64,000 nt of DNA from an uncultured Planctomycetaceae bacterium (GCA_963813715.1 CAWFAK010000016.1:1-64000); one strand, 5' to 3'; counted from the first letter of the stretch, positions 34,301 to 46,504 are shown. Numbers and translations are program-made. Notes: generated by a model not told the origin, from the letters alone.

Positions 34301-34702
34301 CGTTGGGCTCCAAGGTTTCAGTTCGCTGATATCGGGGTCGGTCGGGCTTTGCAGCTGGCAATTTATGCGTCGGCCGCGCGGCGGAGCGGACTGCTCGATC
34401 CGGATTCCTCCGTGTTCCAGATGGCCTATTGGGCCCTCACATTGACCGGCTGCGTCGTCGGTCTGAAGGGGCGGTCGCGGGCGCTCGAGATGCTCGATCC
34501 CGAACTGGTCGGCGAGATGGAACGCACGCTCGACGACGTGCTGCCCAAGATCGCCGAGCGCTTGCGGGCCGGCCAGTTCCCCGTCTTCAACTCGGATCAC
34601 GACTGCGGCAAATGGTGCCCCTACAGCATGGTTTGCCGCGTAGGCCAGGTGCGCAGCCTCCAACAGGAGCGACAAAAAGTTTGGGGGCTGTCGCCACGAT
34701 GA
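31394..34702 (+). CDS. addB: AddB/RexB-like subunit: degenerate helicase plus PD-(D/E)XK nuclease with 4-Cys Fe-S motif
   Basis: GAAGSGKT, IADGFADFT, SATQLERYATCPFRF, RGRVDRID, IDYKT, QLAIY and CGKWCPYSMVC motifs. Confidence 0.85.
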   Translation: MKGPVEVWCGAAGSGKTSHLLTLFRDELRRLQTAGTPGQAVWITPTARSRRAIRHDLLDPSLDVCFAPNVLTFDQFAERLLQSTGPGITPLSRVAQRIIVRTIIDEALAAESLPHFGRIADTSGFLDLVLGLIAELKRDETEPDDFARSCRQRNLPRDNELLAIYSRYQERLNELALYDAEGRFWAARIELENKRRGIFDPLTLVIADGFADFTQPQYEILEHLAGYAQRVVISLPLEQPVRRHDLFAKSKKALEEIRRRCTVELVACDPVPSVAGEPATPTFRHVADHLFDNPRTTPQLADATGIEIIAAAGPAGEARAVAERVKRLLLDGVPAEEIVIGTRSLDEEGAELVATLQATGIPTSCDTATHFSQTAIGRALFAVLQTELQDWAFNSLASVLRSNYIRPRWPSAGAVAVEATIRALRRYQLGSDRQHILNRLARLAERPDSDAKKRSRQEDVRTAAALLQAYSEATKRLRSSKDLRGWTESLLGLASELGITPSRRPSATEAPGAKLDERDRRVWDALSEVLHEAAQVRELLADVRPLSLAEFARLVRDLFESQTLVDSAGERGRVRVVEVADVRNLDVPYLFLMGLSEASFPRARRDDCFYSAAERREFLRKDRSSQEPSTPQQNEMLLFYSIVTRARHCLTLSYPSVSSSGQPLFPSPYVTAIRDLFYRPAIQPSPKIDLDPVPTPERVLSAADLRLAATDELHAGRAGLLRALAELPAGGAAARSILAAADMNAQRFEEHGFTPFEGVLQNESTVAQLGKKYSTEYQFSATQLERYATCPFRFLMSDVLDLEPHDPVEPEIDPRKRGLALHRVLAKLHGPLEGGRPLAPTDSASLAEALRELVAGEFAVGAEIPPYERALQAAELQFAERFAELYSRQCEEYQTSVGEGWDEPPAPRYIELAFGNVPDAPEQPDAAKPLPCVTFGSGPTPVRVRGRVDRIDVGRRGGRDAFTVIDYKTRWAPRFQFADIGVGRALQLAIYASAARRSGLLDPDSSVFQMAYWALTLTGCVVGLKGRSRALEMLDPELVGEMERTLDDVLPKIAERLRAGQFPVFNSDHDCGKWCPYSMVCRVGQVRSLQQERQKVWGLSPR

Positions 34703-37700
34703 GCGCTCGCCGCGGTGCCACCGGAAGCAAGCGAGGCGGCGCGGCCAAGTTCGGGCCGCACACCCGCTCGCTCTTCGTCGAAGAGCCCACTCTCGCCGGC
34801 AAAAGCGAGCTCACCGAAGAGCAACAGTCGGCGATCGGCAGCCGCGACGTTTCGATCGGCCTGTCGGCCGGGGCGGGCTGCGGCAAGACGCTGGTGCTCA
34901 CGCGGCGTTTTCTCACCTATCTCGATCCGTCGGAACACGGACACGCGAGCACGGCGCCCTTGGCCCGCGTGGTCGCCATCACGTTTACCGACCGGGCGGC
35001 CCGCGAGATGCGCGATCGCATCCGGGCCGAATGCGCTAAGCGGCTGCGAGAGGCGGGCAGCGAGGTGGAGGTTCTGCATTGGCTGGCCATCGTCCGCGGG
35101 CTCGATGCCGCGCGGATCAGCACGATTCACGCGTTCTGCTCGGGCTTGTTGCGGCGGCACGCGGTGACGGCCGGCATCGACCCGCAATTCCGCCCGCTGG
35201 AAATGGAAGTCGGCGAGGCGCTGTTGCGACAGAGCGTAGCCCGCACCGTGAAGCGGCTGCTCGAAGGCGATGACGAAAACTGCTTTCGGCTGCTGACGGA
35301 ATTTGGCTTGGAGCCGCTCCGTCGCGCGCTCCGTAAGTTGGTGGTCGCCCGGGCGCTCGTCGACGCGCGGCCCTTCGTCGATCGCACCGCGGACCAGTTC
35401 GCCGCCGGCTGGATGCACTATTTGCACAACGTCTTTCTGCCCCGCGCGGCCCACGACCTCGGGCAGTCGGACACGGTGTCGCACATTCTGCGACTGCTCA
35501 AAGACAACGTCCCGACCCACCGCACGATGCAGGAGCGGCGGCTCGCCCTTCTGGCCGGCTTGACCACTCTTCGCGACGCGCCCAACCCGACTCTCGCCGA
35601 AGTGGCCGAATTGCGCGAAGCCGCCAAAGTGCAGGGAGGTGGCGGCAAAAGCGCGTGGGACGACGAAGCGACCTACGAAGCCGTCCGCGACGCGCTGCAG
35701 CGGCTGCGGGACAAGATCGACGACCTCAAGGAATTCGTCGCTTTCGACCCGTGCGAGGTCGAGCAGGCCGCAGCGGCGTCGGCCGCCCTCGTCGGCGTGG
35801 TCGAGGCGGCGGCCACCGACTTTTCCGCCGCCAAGGCTGAGGCGGGCGTGCTCGACTTCGACGACCTGCTGGTGAAGACTCGCGACCTCTTGCGAAACTC
35901 GCCCGACGTGCGGGCCGACGCATCGGCTTCAATCGACGCGCTCCTGGTCGACGAATTTCAGGACACCGACGGCATTCAGGCCGAGATCGTCGAGTTGTTG
36001 GCTGGCGACGGCCTGGCGACGGGCAAGCTGTTCGTGGTCGGCGACAAAAAGCAGTCGATCTACCGGTTCCGCGGAGCCGACCCCGCCGTCTTCGACGCCC
36101 GCCGCAATGATCTGCCCACGGAGGGGCGGCTGTCGCTCACGCACAACTTTCGCAGCCAGCCGGAAATCATCAACTTCGTCAATTCGGTCTTCGCGCCGGC
36201 GATGCCGGACTACGAGGCGCTCGTGCCGCACCGGGCGCAGCTCTCGCCGCGGCCGGCCGTCGAGTTTCTGTTCGCTTTTCCCGGCTCCGGACGAAACGGA
36301 CGAGGGAGACGCAGACTCGCTCGAGGCGGATCGCCGACGCGAGGCCGAGTGGATCGCGCGGCGGATTCTGGCGTTGCTCTCCGATCCGACGCCTCGCATT
36401 CCCGAGCGCGATCCCGACACACAGCTCGAGCGGTTGCGACGCGTGAACGCGGGAGACATCGCCGTGCTGTTCCGCGCGATGAGCGACGCGGCGATTTATG
36501 AAGACGTCTTTCGCCGGCGGGGCGTCGACTATTATCTTGTTGGCGGACGGGCCTTCTTCGCTCAGCAGGAAGTTTATGACGTCGTCAACTTGTGCACGTT
36601 TCTCAATGATCCGGCCGATGCCATCGCGCTCGTCGGCGTGCTCCGCTCGCCCTTTTTCAGCTTGAGCGACGACACGATCGTGGCGATGACCCGCGTCGGC
36701 GACGTACCGCTGCGCAAGGCGCTCCGCCAGCCGCCGCCCGCCGGAATTCCCGAGCCGCAGTGCGAGCAGCTCCGCCTGGCCGCGCGGGTGATCGACGAGC
36801 TGCTGGAGCAGAAGGACCGCATCCCGCTCGCCGAGCTGCTCGAGCGGGCGTTGGAGCGGACGGCCTACGATGCGTCGCTCTTGTGCGAGTTCCTCGGTCG
36901 GCGGAAGGTCGCCAACCTCCGCAAGCTGGTCGACATGGCCCACCAGTTCGACCGCTCGGGCATCGGCACGCTGGCCGATTTCACTCGGCGAATTCAGGAT
37001 TCGGTCACGGAACAGTCGATCGAGGATCTGGCCGCGACCCATCCCGAGTCGAGCGATGTCGTACGGTTGATGACCATTCACCAGGCCAAGGGACTCGAAT
37101 TCCCGGTCGTCATCCTGGCCGACATGGAGCGGAAAAACCGCGGGTCGTTTTTCGACGCCGTTTATCATCGCGCGTTCGGGCCGATAATGGTGCCGCCGAA
37201 ATTCGGGTCCGAAGAGCCGCACCACCCGGCGATCGAAATGCACCGCTATGTCGAAGACCGCGAGGACGACGAGGAGTCGTTGCGGATCCTGTACGTCGCG
37301 CTCACCCGGGCGGCCGACCATCTGATTCTTTCAGCCGGCCTGCCCGCCGATCCGGCCCTCGACACGGAGCGCGGCGTTCGCTCGCAATGGCTGCGGCTCG
37401 TGGCCGAGCGGTACGACCTGGGGACCGGCCTCCCCAAGGGCGATCCTTATTTCGCATCGCTCACGCGGGAGAAGCCTGGACCGAAAGCGAAGAAGGGCGC
37501 GGCGGAAACTGCCGCTGAGCGGCCGAAGATTCCCGACATCTGCGTGCACCGCAAGTGCCCGGAGTTGACCGTCGTACCGCGGCCTGACGGCAAATCGGCC
37601 CGGCTCGGCCAATGGCGAGAACTGGCGGAGACGGCCGACACGGCTCCGCTCCCGCCGCTTTTGGGCCCGGTCGTCGCGCGGCAGGTGGGCCCGCTTTCGC

Positions 37701-38464
37701 TCAGCGTTTCGCGGATCGAAGACGTCGATGCGCGCTCGCGGGACGAGAAACCGCCGCGGCGGAAGAAACGCGCCGCCGCCAAGACTCCCGATGAAGTCGC
37801 GGAACCGTTCGGCGAGGCAGCCACGCTGATCGGTTCGCTCGTGCACCGCGTGATCGAGCGATTGCCGCACGGCGCAGCCATGGATGCGGAAACCATCGCG
37901 AATGGCGTGCAGACTGTGCTCAAAGGACAGTCGTCGCGCGATCTGGAGTCGTGCGATGCCGCCGTGCTGGTCCGCCGCGTGCAGGCACTGGTCGAAAGCC
38001 CGTTGTGGGACGAAATGCGGTCCGCTCCCCGCTGTTTTCGCGAGATCGAGTTTCTCCTGGGCTGGCCAATCGGCGCGGCGCCGGCGGAACGCACGGCCGT
38101 CATTTCCGGCACGCTCGATTGTCTGCTGCAGACGCCCGACGGCCACTGGAAGATTCTCGACTACAAGACGGGCCGCCTGCCCGATAACGATCCGGCCGCG
38201 CTCCGCGACCATTTCGCCATCCAGTTGGTGTTGTATGCCGAAGCGGTGCGGGCGATGGTGGGTCGCCTTCCCGAGACGATCGAAATCGTCGCGCTGCACG
38301 ACAAACTCGGCCGCTTCCCGCTGGTGCTCTGGGACGAGTTTCGCAGCCTGGTTCACGCCCGGATCGACGCGGCCATTCGCCGGCTGGCCGCCAATCCGGA
38401 TCTCGGGTCGGACGCGGAATCGCCCTTAACGCTCGGGTCGACGGCTGCCGCAAGTCCCGAGTGA
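34699..38464 (+). CDS. addA: AddA/RexA-like UvrD helicase-nuclease; frameshift near 36278
   Basis: SAGAGCGKT, ITFTDRAAREMRDRI, VDEFQDT, VGDKKQSIYRFRGAD and NFRS, then in the next frame MTIHQAKGLEFPVV, LYVALTRA and GTLD..ILDYKT. ATGA overlap with addB. Confidence 0.88.
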
Positions 38465-38632
38465 CGCGTTTCTTTGACGTACGCGGCAGGACCGCGACGC
38501 CGCGCCTGCCCGGTCGGGCAGCCGCTCAAGAGGCGTTTCTCTCCACAGGCGACCCGCGGTGCAGCCGATCTCTTGCGATAGCGAGACTTCGCGCGCTCGC
38601 TTTCTCCGGCAACGGGGCCACAACCGCTCTCC

Positions 38633-41600
38633 ATGTCGACCGAACCGATCCAATCCGAAAACGCCGCTGACTCCCCGCAGCCCGCGGCCGAAGCGCCGGG
38701 TGCTGCCGCGGTGACTGCGGAAGCTTCGGACGCCGCCGCGACCGCGACCACAGACTCCGCGCCGCCATCGCCCTCTGCGCCGACGACAAGCTCGGCAGAT
38801 TCGACGTCGGCCTTGCCGCCGCTGCCGCCACGCATCGATGGCGGCGAAGATTTGGACAGCGTGCTGGGCGAAGTCAGCCGGATGTTCGGCACGGCGGACG
38901 GCCACGCCGCGCCGCTCGCGTCCCTCGCCGAAGACACGATCAACGATCACCTCGACACCCTGACCAACGTTCCGGCCGCCCAATCGCCGGAGCGCCCGCG
39001 TCCGCGGCAGGAACCGCCAATGGAGTCGGCGGCCGACCTGTTCCGCTCCCCGCCGCCGATCGAAGAAACACCGGTCCCCGCCCCGCCGTTGGCCACCGCC
39101 GATTCTGAACCTCCGCCGGCGGAGACGACGAACACAGCGACGGCGCCGGCAGAACCGCCCGCACCGTTGCTCGCGGACCCGTCGGCCACCGCTCCGGGTG
39201 GCCACGTTCGCGAGGTTGGTGCTCATCACTCCGCGTCCGATACGCCGGCCGAGAACGCCGCCGCCGAGTCAGAGGGCCAGTCAAATTCGGTCGTGTCTCC
39301 GGAGGTCGCGCCGACTCCAGCGGCCGCGGATGAAGCTGTGACGGGCGATCAGGTTCCCATCGAGTCGCTCGCGAGCGGCGCGCCGCTCATCGATCCGCTT
39401 GCTGCTCAAGCCGCGTTGAGCGAGCCGACTGGCGGCGAGGCACCGCCGACCGATTCCGCCACCGGGAGTGCTGAGCCCCCATCGACAGGGGCTGCAGCAG
39501 ACGCCCCCCCGGCCGCAACTGCTGCGGAAGCGAGACCATCGCACCTCGCACGCATTACGCACGTGGCTCAGGCAACGGTGGGCGGGCTAGGGGGAACGGC
39601 CGCACGTCTGCCGAAGCGGGCACGAGTGGCGGCCGCCGTCGTTGCCGCACTCATCCTCGGGTGGATCTGCGGATCTAGGCTCTCGCGAGCTCCGGCAGCC
39701 AACACCGTTGAAACGGTCGCCAATGCGAACACCGAAAGCTCGAACGCCGAAGTCGAAGCGAGCAAAGTCAAAATCACCGCGCTCGAGGAGGAGTTGGAAA
39801 AATCGAAGCACGACCGCGAACTCGCTCAGCACGAGCGCGATCAGGCGCGCGAACGGCTGGAAAAATCGGCTGTCGTGTTGCGCACGCAGCAACAGACCGA
39901 TGCCACCCAGCGCGCCCGCGACGCGGCCGCTCGTCAGAAGGCCGTCGACGAATTCCGGCAGGCCGAGGAGCGGCTCCAGTTGATGGAACTGCGAGCGTAC
40001 GACGCCCAGCTGGCCCGCGTTCGCGATTGCTGGCAGCGCAGCCCCGGTCAAGCCGCCGCGCTGCTCGAGGACGCTGAAGGTTGTTTGCCCAAACTCCATG
40101 ACTTTGTCTGGGGCTACTTTTACGGCCGCGCGAAAAACGATCGCGCAACTTGCGCACGACGGCTCCGACCAACGCGGTGGCCTGGTCTCCTGACGGGACG
40201 CTCGTCGCTAGCGCTGGCCAGGACGGTTTGATCGCGCTCCGCGATGCGGCCAGCGGCAAGCAACTGGCGTCGCTCGCGGCCCACGCGGGAGGTGTGGCTG
40301 CCGTGGCCTTCTCGCAGCGCGGCGATCGGCTGGCCTCTGCGGGAGCCGACTCGACGGTCAAACTTTGGGACGTGCCGGGAAGGAGGCTGGAGGCGACGTT
40401 CTTCGGCCATCTGGGCAAGGTGCTTTCGGTGGCGATTGCTCCCGACGCGTCGGCCCTGGTTTCCGGGGGCGACGACGGAACGGTGAAGTTCTGGGACGTC
40501 GCGTCACGTCGCGCGGTGGCCACTCGCTGGGGCCATCCGCGGAATCACGAGCCGGACGACGCCGTCGATCCGACGCGTTTCGTCCGCGCCGTCGCATTCT
40601 CACCCGATGGCCGTCTGGTCGCCTCGGGCGGTTACCAGGTCGTGCGGATTTGGGATGCCGAGGCGAACGAGAAGACAACGCTCGCGGTTTCCGACGGCGG
40701 CGTGAGTGCCCTCGCCTTTTCGCCCGATTCGACGACGCTGGCCATCGGCAGCGAAGGCTCGATTTCACTCCGCGACGTCGATTCGCTGCTCGTGCGCACC
40801 GGGCCGCGAACGGTCAACGCGCCGGTGACCGCGTTGGCTTTCTCGAGCGATGGGGCGTGGTTGGCGGCTACGACCGGCGAACAGGGCTTCCTCTTCAATC
40901 GCGTCGTCCGCGACCCGGCGATCGACGCGAAAAAGTCCCGACCGCACGCACGGGTCGAGCCGGCCGGTTACGACCTGGCCAATCCGCGGCGATTGTCAGG
41001 GCATGACGGGCTCGTCAGCGGGATTGGCTTTTCGCCGAGCGGTGACCTGACTGCCACCAGCGGATCCGACGGCACGATGCGATTGTGGGAGACCCGCGGC
41101 GGCATCGTCGATAAAACTCAGCCCGACGCTCGTCGTGCGGGAGATTCCCCGCTCGGCCGCGCTGGCGTACTCGCCCGACTCGCGCTGCCTGGCCGTCGGC
41201 ACGGCCGATTCGATCCGACTGTGGGACGCGCGGGTCGGCGTCGAAATGGCGCGCCTCGCGAATCGCTCGGGCGACGTCAGCCGCCTCGCCTTCTCACCGG
41301 ACGGGGCGCATCTGGCCTCCGCCAGTCGCGATTGGCCGATCCTCGTCTGGACGCTCGCCGGACAGCGAGTCGAGCTGGCCCTCAACGGCCACACGGCGGG
41401 CGTCAATTCGCTCGCTTATTCCACCGACGGCAAAACGCTGATCTCGGGTTCCGACGATTCGACCGTGCGGCTCTGGGATGCGGCGAACGGCCAGGCGATC
41501 GCCCGCGCTCACCGGCCACACGGGCCCCGTGCTCAGTGCCGCGCTGTCGCCGGATGGCAAATTCGCGGCGTCGGGCGGAACCGATCGAGCGATTCGCTTA

Positions 41601-42119
41601 TGGAACGTCGAACGCAAGCAAACCGCGGCCACGTTGACGGGTCACGGCCGCCCGGTCGTCGCGCTCGCCTTCTCTCCGGACGGCCGCTTCCTCGTCTCGG
41701 CGGAAGGACGCTCCGGGGTTCCGAGTGACAGTGCGAATCGTCCGGCTCAACGCCCATTACGCTTGTGGCGGATACCGCAGGGAGCCGAGCAGCTGGCTTT
41801 CGGACCGGCGGGAGCTGAGATCAGCGACGTGGCCTTCTCGCCCGACTCGAAGACATTGGCCGCGTCGGGGCCGCAGGGAGTCACCCTGTGGGATCCTCGC
41901 ACTGGCGAGATCCGCGAGTCGCTCCGTCCGGTCTCATCCGGTACGGCCGCCGCGAACCGTTCGAGCTGGCCGATCGCTTTCGCGCCCGACGGCCAGTCGC
42001 TGGCGGCCGGCGGCGACGCGGCGCTGAGTATCTGGAGCGCCGCGCCGTTCGGCGCTGCACTCTCGGCCCTGCCGAGCGGCGAGGGACCAAAGCCGGGCGC
42101 CGTTCCGTCGCTTCGTTGA
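38633..42119 (+). CDS. Membrane-anchored WD40-repeat protein with acidic disordered N-terminus; three apparent frameshifts (~40150, ~41130, ~41502)
   Basis: Pro/Ala/Glu-rich N-terminus, TM helix and coiled coil, then many GH....V..VAFSPDG..LAS.G.D.TV.LWD repeats across ORFs 40150, 41135 and 41478. Confidence 0.8.
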
Positions 42120-42234
42120 GATCTTCTTGAGGCGCGGTCTTCTTGGGTGCCCTGGTCCGCGCCGCGCTGATGGCTCGCGGGGAGCGTCGTGCGTGTGGAA
42201 TAATGGCGGCGTCCCCGTTTCTTTGGAGCCGCCC

Positions 42235-44356
42235 ATGCCTCCCCGTTCGTTTCGGCCTTTGTTCTGCACTGCTCTCGGCGTCGCGCTCTGCGTCGTCGCT
42301 TTCGCTGCGATCACCGGTTCTGCCGCGTTGGCCCAACCGGGCGAGGGAACGGGTGAAAAGCGGCCCCGCGTGCGGCCTCTGCATGCATGGGACGATCTGC
42401 CCGACTGGATCACCTCGCTGGCATTTCTGAAGGACAATCAGCACTTCGTCGCTGGCACCTACGAGCAATTGCTCTTGTTCGACGCCCGCAAGGAGGCGGC
42501 TCCCAAGTCGGAGCCGTTGACGCCCGGCTACGTGAAGGCCCTGGCACTCTCGCCCGACGGTAAGACGCTTGGCCTGCGGTCATTACCAGACCGTCAGCTT
42601 GCTCGACGCGGCGACGCTGGCCGTCAAACGCACTCTCGGCGATCACGCGGGCTACGTGACCGGACTCGCGTTTTCGCCGGACGGTCGGCAGCTGGCGACG
42701 GCGGAGGAGGCGGGCCAGAACGAATCGGCCCGCGTGTTCGACGTTGCCACCGGCAAAGTCGTGCACGTGCTCACCGGTCACACGTTCGCCGTGCGGGCCA
42801 TCGCCTTTTCGGCCGACGGCAAACGGATTGCCACGGCGGCCGGCGACGAAGAACGCATCACCCAGCCCGGCGAAGTCAAAGTCTGGAACTCGGCCGACGG
42901 CAAGCTGATTTATTCGTTCTCCAATCCGAAGCGGGCGGCTACCGGCGTCGCCTTTTCGCCTGACGGAAAATTTCTCGCATCGACGGGCTTCGACGAGCGG
43001 GTGATCCTCTACGACCTGGACAAAGGGAAGGCCGTCTCTTTCTTTGCCGGGCACAGCCGCCCGACCAATGCGGTGCTCTTCGCTCGCGGCGGCGCGGTCG
43101 TCATCAGCGCCTCCGGGGGCCGTGCGAAAGGGAACAACGAGGTCAAAATCTGGGAGCGGGACTCGGGCACAGAGCTGACGGTGATGGGCGTCCACGCCGC
43201 TCGCGTCGACGCCATCGCCCTGTCCGCCGACCAGTCGCTGCTCGCCACGGGCGCCTACGACAAACGCGTCACCGTGTGGGACGTGAAGGACCTGCTTAAG
43301 AAAGAGGCGGCGCCCCCCAGAACAACTGCATCGAATGACGCCAAGCCGGCGGGGCCTGCACCGGCGGTGCACAAAACGCCCACCACGGCGTCCGTCAAAA
43401 AGGAGGGGCAAAAAGGCCCAGTCCGCGTGGGGATCATCGGGCTCGACACGTCGCACTGTGCCGCCTTCACGCAGGTGTTGAATGACCTCAACGCCAAGCC
43501 CGACGTCGCCGGCTTTCGCGTGGTGGCCGCGTACCCGCGGGGAAGCGCCGACATCGCGTCGAGCACCGAACGAATTCCCGAATACACGAAGGACTTTCGC
43601 AAGCGCGGCGTGGAGATCGTCGATTCGATCTCGGCCCTGCTCCCCAAAGTTGACGTCGTATTGTTGGAGACCAACGACGGACGTCCGCACTTGGAGCAGG
43701 CGCTGGCTGTAATCAAGGCGGGCAAGCCCCTGTTTATCGACAAGCCGATTGCCGCTTCGCTCGCCGACGCCATCGCCATTTTCGAGTTGGCGCGGCGGTA
43801 TCACGTGCCGGTCTTTTCCAGCTCGTCGCTGCGGTTCGGCAAAGCGACGCTCGAGGCCCGTAACGGCAAGATCGGCACGGTGCAAACCTGCGAAACGACG
43901 AGCCCCTGCCACCTCGAGAAGACGCATCCGGATCTGTTCTGGTATGGCATTCACGGCGTCGAATCGCTCTTCACCGTGATGGGCACCGGCTGCAAGAGCG
44001 TCCGCCGCACCGTGAGCACGCCGACGGAGGACGTCGTCGTCGGCCAGTGGGAGGGCGGCCGCGTCGGCACGTTTCGCGGCACTCGAGGAAAAGGTGGTTA
44101 CGGCGGCACGGCGACGGGGACCAAGGGAACCATGGCCGTCGGTTCGTACGACGGCTATCGGCCGCTGCTCGTGGCGATCGTGCACTTCTTCTACACGGGC
44201 ATCGCACCGGTCAAGGAAGAGGAAACGCTCGAGATCTACGCCTTCATGGAGGCGGCCGACGAAAGCAAACGCCAGCATGGCGCGGACGTGACGCTGGCCA
44301 GCGTGATGACAAAGGCCCGCGCCGACGCGGAAAAACGCTTGCGACAACTGCCATGA
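42235..44356 (+). CDS. Exported WD40-repeat / Gfo-Idh-MocA oxidoreductase fusion; frameshift near 42570
   Basis: Signal peptide and WD40 repeats, then in the same frame RVGIIGLDTSH, LFIDKP and LFWYGIHGVE. Confidence 0.8.
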
Positions 44357-45276
44357 TCCGGCGCGGCGACGGCGGCGACTGGCTCCTGATCGATCAGATT
44401 CAGCACGCGCGTCTGGCCGCCGAGATCGCTCGCGCGTGGGGCAACAAGCGGTTCAAGCCGCTCACGCGAGATCTTCCCGTAGCATTGGCCGCGCGCGGCG
44501 ACGAAAGGCCCGATGAGGACTGGAGGCTGGCTCGCATTAGCATGGCGATTGCCGTCGCTCGCCACGACGACGGTTGGGGCCAGTGGGACTGGGCGCCGCA
44601 CGTCGATCCGGGGACGGGTCGGCCCCGCGATTTTCGCGAGATGCGGATGCAGGATGCGACGGCGATTTGGACGAGGAGCGTTGCCGCGTGTAACACTAAA
44701 GTGTCCCCGGTCTCTGCCTACGCTGTCAGCCGCCACTTCTGTGATTTGGCCGAACAGGTGCGTGGCTCGGGGCGGCATGATGCGGAAGACCGGGCTGCCG
44801 TCACACGGTTTATTCAGCAACAAGCCGCTCTGAGGGCGCAGCTCGAGTCCGAATCGGCCCGGTTCGGCTGGCAAAACGTGTTTCTTCGGCATCGCGAGCT
44901 GGCGTATCACGTGGTGCAGTTCTTCGATCGCGTGAGTCTGTGGCTTTGCTGTGCCGCGGAGCACGAACCCCAGGCGATGACCGCTCCGCTGGGCGAGGTC
45001 GTCACCTTTTCCTCTCGCCCCGCGGACCCCGCAGAGACTGTCGCCAATTCGGACACTCCGGCTGGTGTGTTCCGGCTGCAGACCGCGCGGCCCGACTATC
45101 GCAAATGGCACGTGGCCATTGAGCCTTATCCGCTCTCTGATGGGCTCCACGAATTCAGCGTCGACGCGCACCGCGTCCCCGCCCGATCGTACGCCGACGA
45201 TGCCGATCTGCAGGCGACGTGGCGCAATGCGCCGAGCGTGCAGTTGGTTTGGTCGTTCGGCCCCGCGCAAGGCTGA
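44353..45276 (+). CDS. DUF3891-family protein
   Basis: MIRR...WLLIDQIQHARLAAEIARAWGN, AVARHDDGW and FFDRVSLWLC motifs. ATGA overlap with the upstream gene. Confidence 0.75.
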   Translation: MIRRGDGGDWLLIDQIQHARLAAEIARAWGNKRFKPLTRDLPVALAARGDERPDEDWRLARISMAIAVARHDDGWGQWDWAPHVDPGTGRPRDFREMRMQDATAIWTRSVAACNTKVSPVSAYAVSRHFCDLAEQVRGSGRHDAEDRAAVTRFIQQQAALRAQLESESARFGWQNVFLRHRELAYHVVQFFDRVSLWLCCAAEHEPQAMTAPLGEVVTFSSRPADPAETVANSDTPAGVFRLQTARPDYRKWHVAIEPYPLSDGLHEFSVDAHRVPARSYADDADLQATWRNAPSVQLVWSFGPAQG

Positions 45277-45302
45277 TGCCGCAAGTTGCGTCGGCGGGAC
45301 GT

Positions 45303-46013
45303 CTAGATGATGTCCAGCACGCTCTTGATGCCGATCTCTTCGCGGCTGCCGAAGGGTTCGCCGTAGGCCTTGCCGATCGTCCAGCCCCAGTAGCGGGCCC
45401 GGTCGCGGATGTCGTCGAGAGCGGTCGGGTAAGTGGTGGGCCGGCCGGTGACGAATTGGCTTTGGTATGCCGCCAGCGCCTGCATCTTGGCGTCGATGGC
45501 GTCGCTGATGTCGAGCACGAAGGCCGGCTTGGGGTGAATGCGGAGGTGCACGCTCCAGTAGTAAAACATCCGCGGCGGCCAGAACGGTTCCCCGGCGAGG
45601 TCGCTGCGGGAGAGCTTGGCCCAGAAGCGGGCATCCTCGCAGAGCCGGCTGGCGGCAATGTGGTCCGGGTGCGAATCGTCCCAATAGGGAGCGAAGACAT
45701 AGCGGGGCCGCACGGTTCGCAGCACGCCGGCGAGCGCCCGGCGGGCTTCGAGCGTGGCTTCGACGCTGCGGTTGGGAAGGCCGAGATTCTTTCGCCAAGC
45801 CAGGCCGAGCGCTTCGCTGGCGGCCGCGGTCTCGCGGGCCCGCAGTTCAGGCGAACCATGAGGCGTCGGCTCGCCGTTCGTCAGGTCGAGGATGCCGGTC
45901 CGCAGGCCGGCCCGCCCGCACCGGGCCAGGGTGCCGCCGACGCCGATTTCCGCGTCGTCGGGATGGGTGGCGATCACCAGAATATCTAACGGCTGTATGG
46001 GGTTCTGCGTCAT
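45303..46013 (-). CDS. bshB1: BshB1-like PIG-L family deacetylase
   Basis: [37 protein letters not shown] and YGEPF motifs. Confidence 0.85.
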   Translation of the reverse strand: MTQNPIQPLDILVIATHPDDAEIGVGGTLARCGRAGLRTGILDLTNGEPTPHGSPELRARETAAASEALGLAWRKNLGLPNRSVEATLEARRALAGVLRTVRPRYVFAPYWDDSHPDHIAASRLCEDARFWAKLSRSDLAGEPFWPPRMFYYWSVHLRIHPKPAFVLDISDAIDAKMQALAAYQSQFVTGRPTTYPTALDDIRDRARYWGWTIGKAYGEPFGSREEIGIKSVLDII

Positions 46014-46182
46014 GCGGCGTGGTTTGGCGGATTAGCTGGGGCGGTTTTTGGTCTTTACGAGAATCGCGCGGATGTCGAGAATGCGGCTCCTCTCCTGCCC
46101 TCTCTGCCTTCACCCCCATCATAGCCAACCCCCCACGGGCTCGCCTGTCGTGCTGCCAGGCGACGCCGATAAAGAGGCCACC

Positions 46183-46467
46183 ATGCGCAGTTGCATTTTG
46201 GCGCTGTTGTTCTATGTCTGCCTCGGTTTGACCTTCGGCTGCATGACGCCCAAGAACGATGCGGACGATCTTCCGCCGGCCGCCGCGCACGGCGCGGGGA
46301 ATTCACTGCCCGGCTCCGTGAGCAAGGAAGACGAAGAGTGGACGAAGATGGGCCGCGAGATGCGCGGCGCCGACCCGCCGCCGGCACAAACCTTTGATCC
46401 GCTCCGCGACTTAATGGAGTCACCTCGAGCGCAATCGATCGAGCGCAGCCTGGGTGTGGACAACTAA
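46183..46467 (+). CDS. Small putative lipoprotein
   Basis: GAGG RBS, then MRSCILALLFYVCLGLTFGC (lipobox-like). Confidence 0.6.
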   Translation: MRSCILALLFYVCLGLTFGCMTPKNDADDLPPAAAHGAGNSLPGSVSKEDEEWTKMGREMRGADPPPAQTFDPLRDLMESPRAQSIERSLGVDN

Positions 46468-46504
46468 CGTCGTCGCACGGACGACAATGTCTCTCGCATC
46501 CGCA

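Noticed and set aside
31394..38464. Helicase-nuclease pair as a novel defence system
   Set aside because: Gene order, motifs and the Fe-S nuclease match housekeeping AddAB-type recombination enzymes in a core-gene context.
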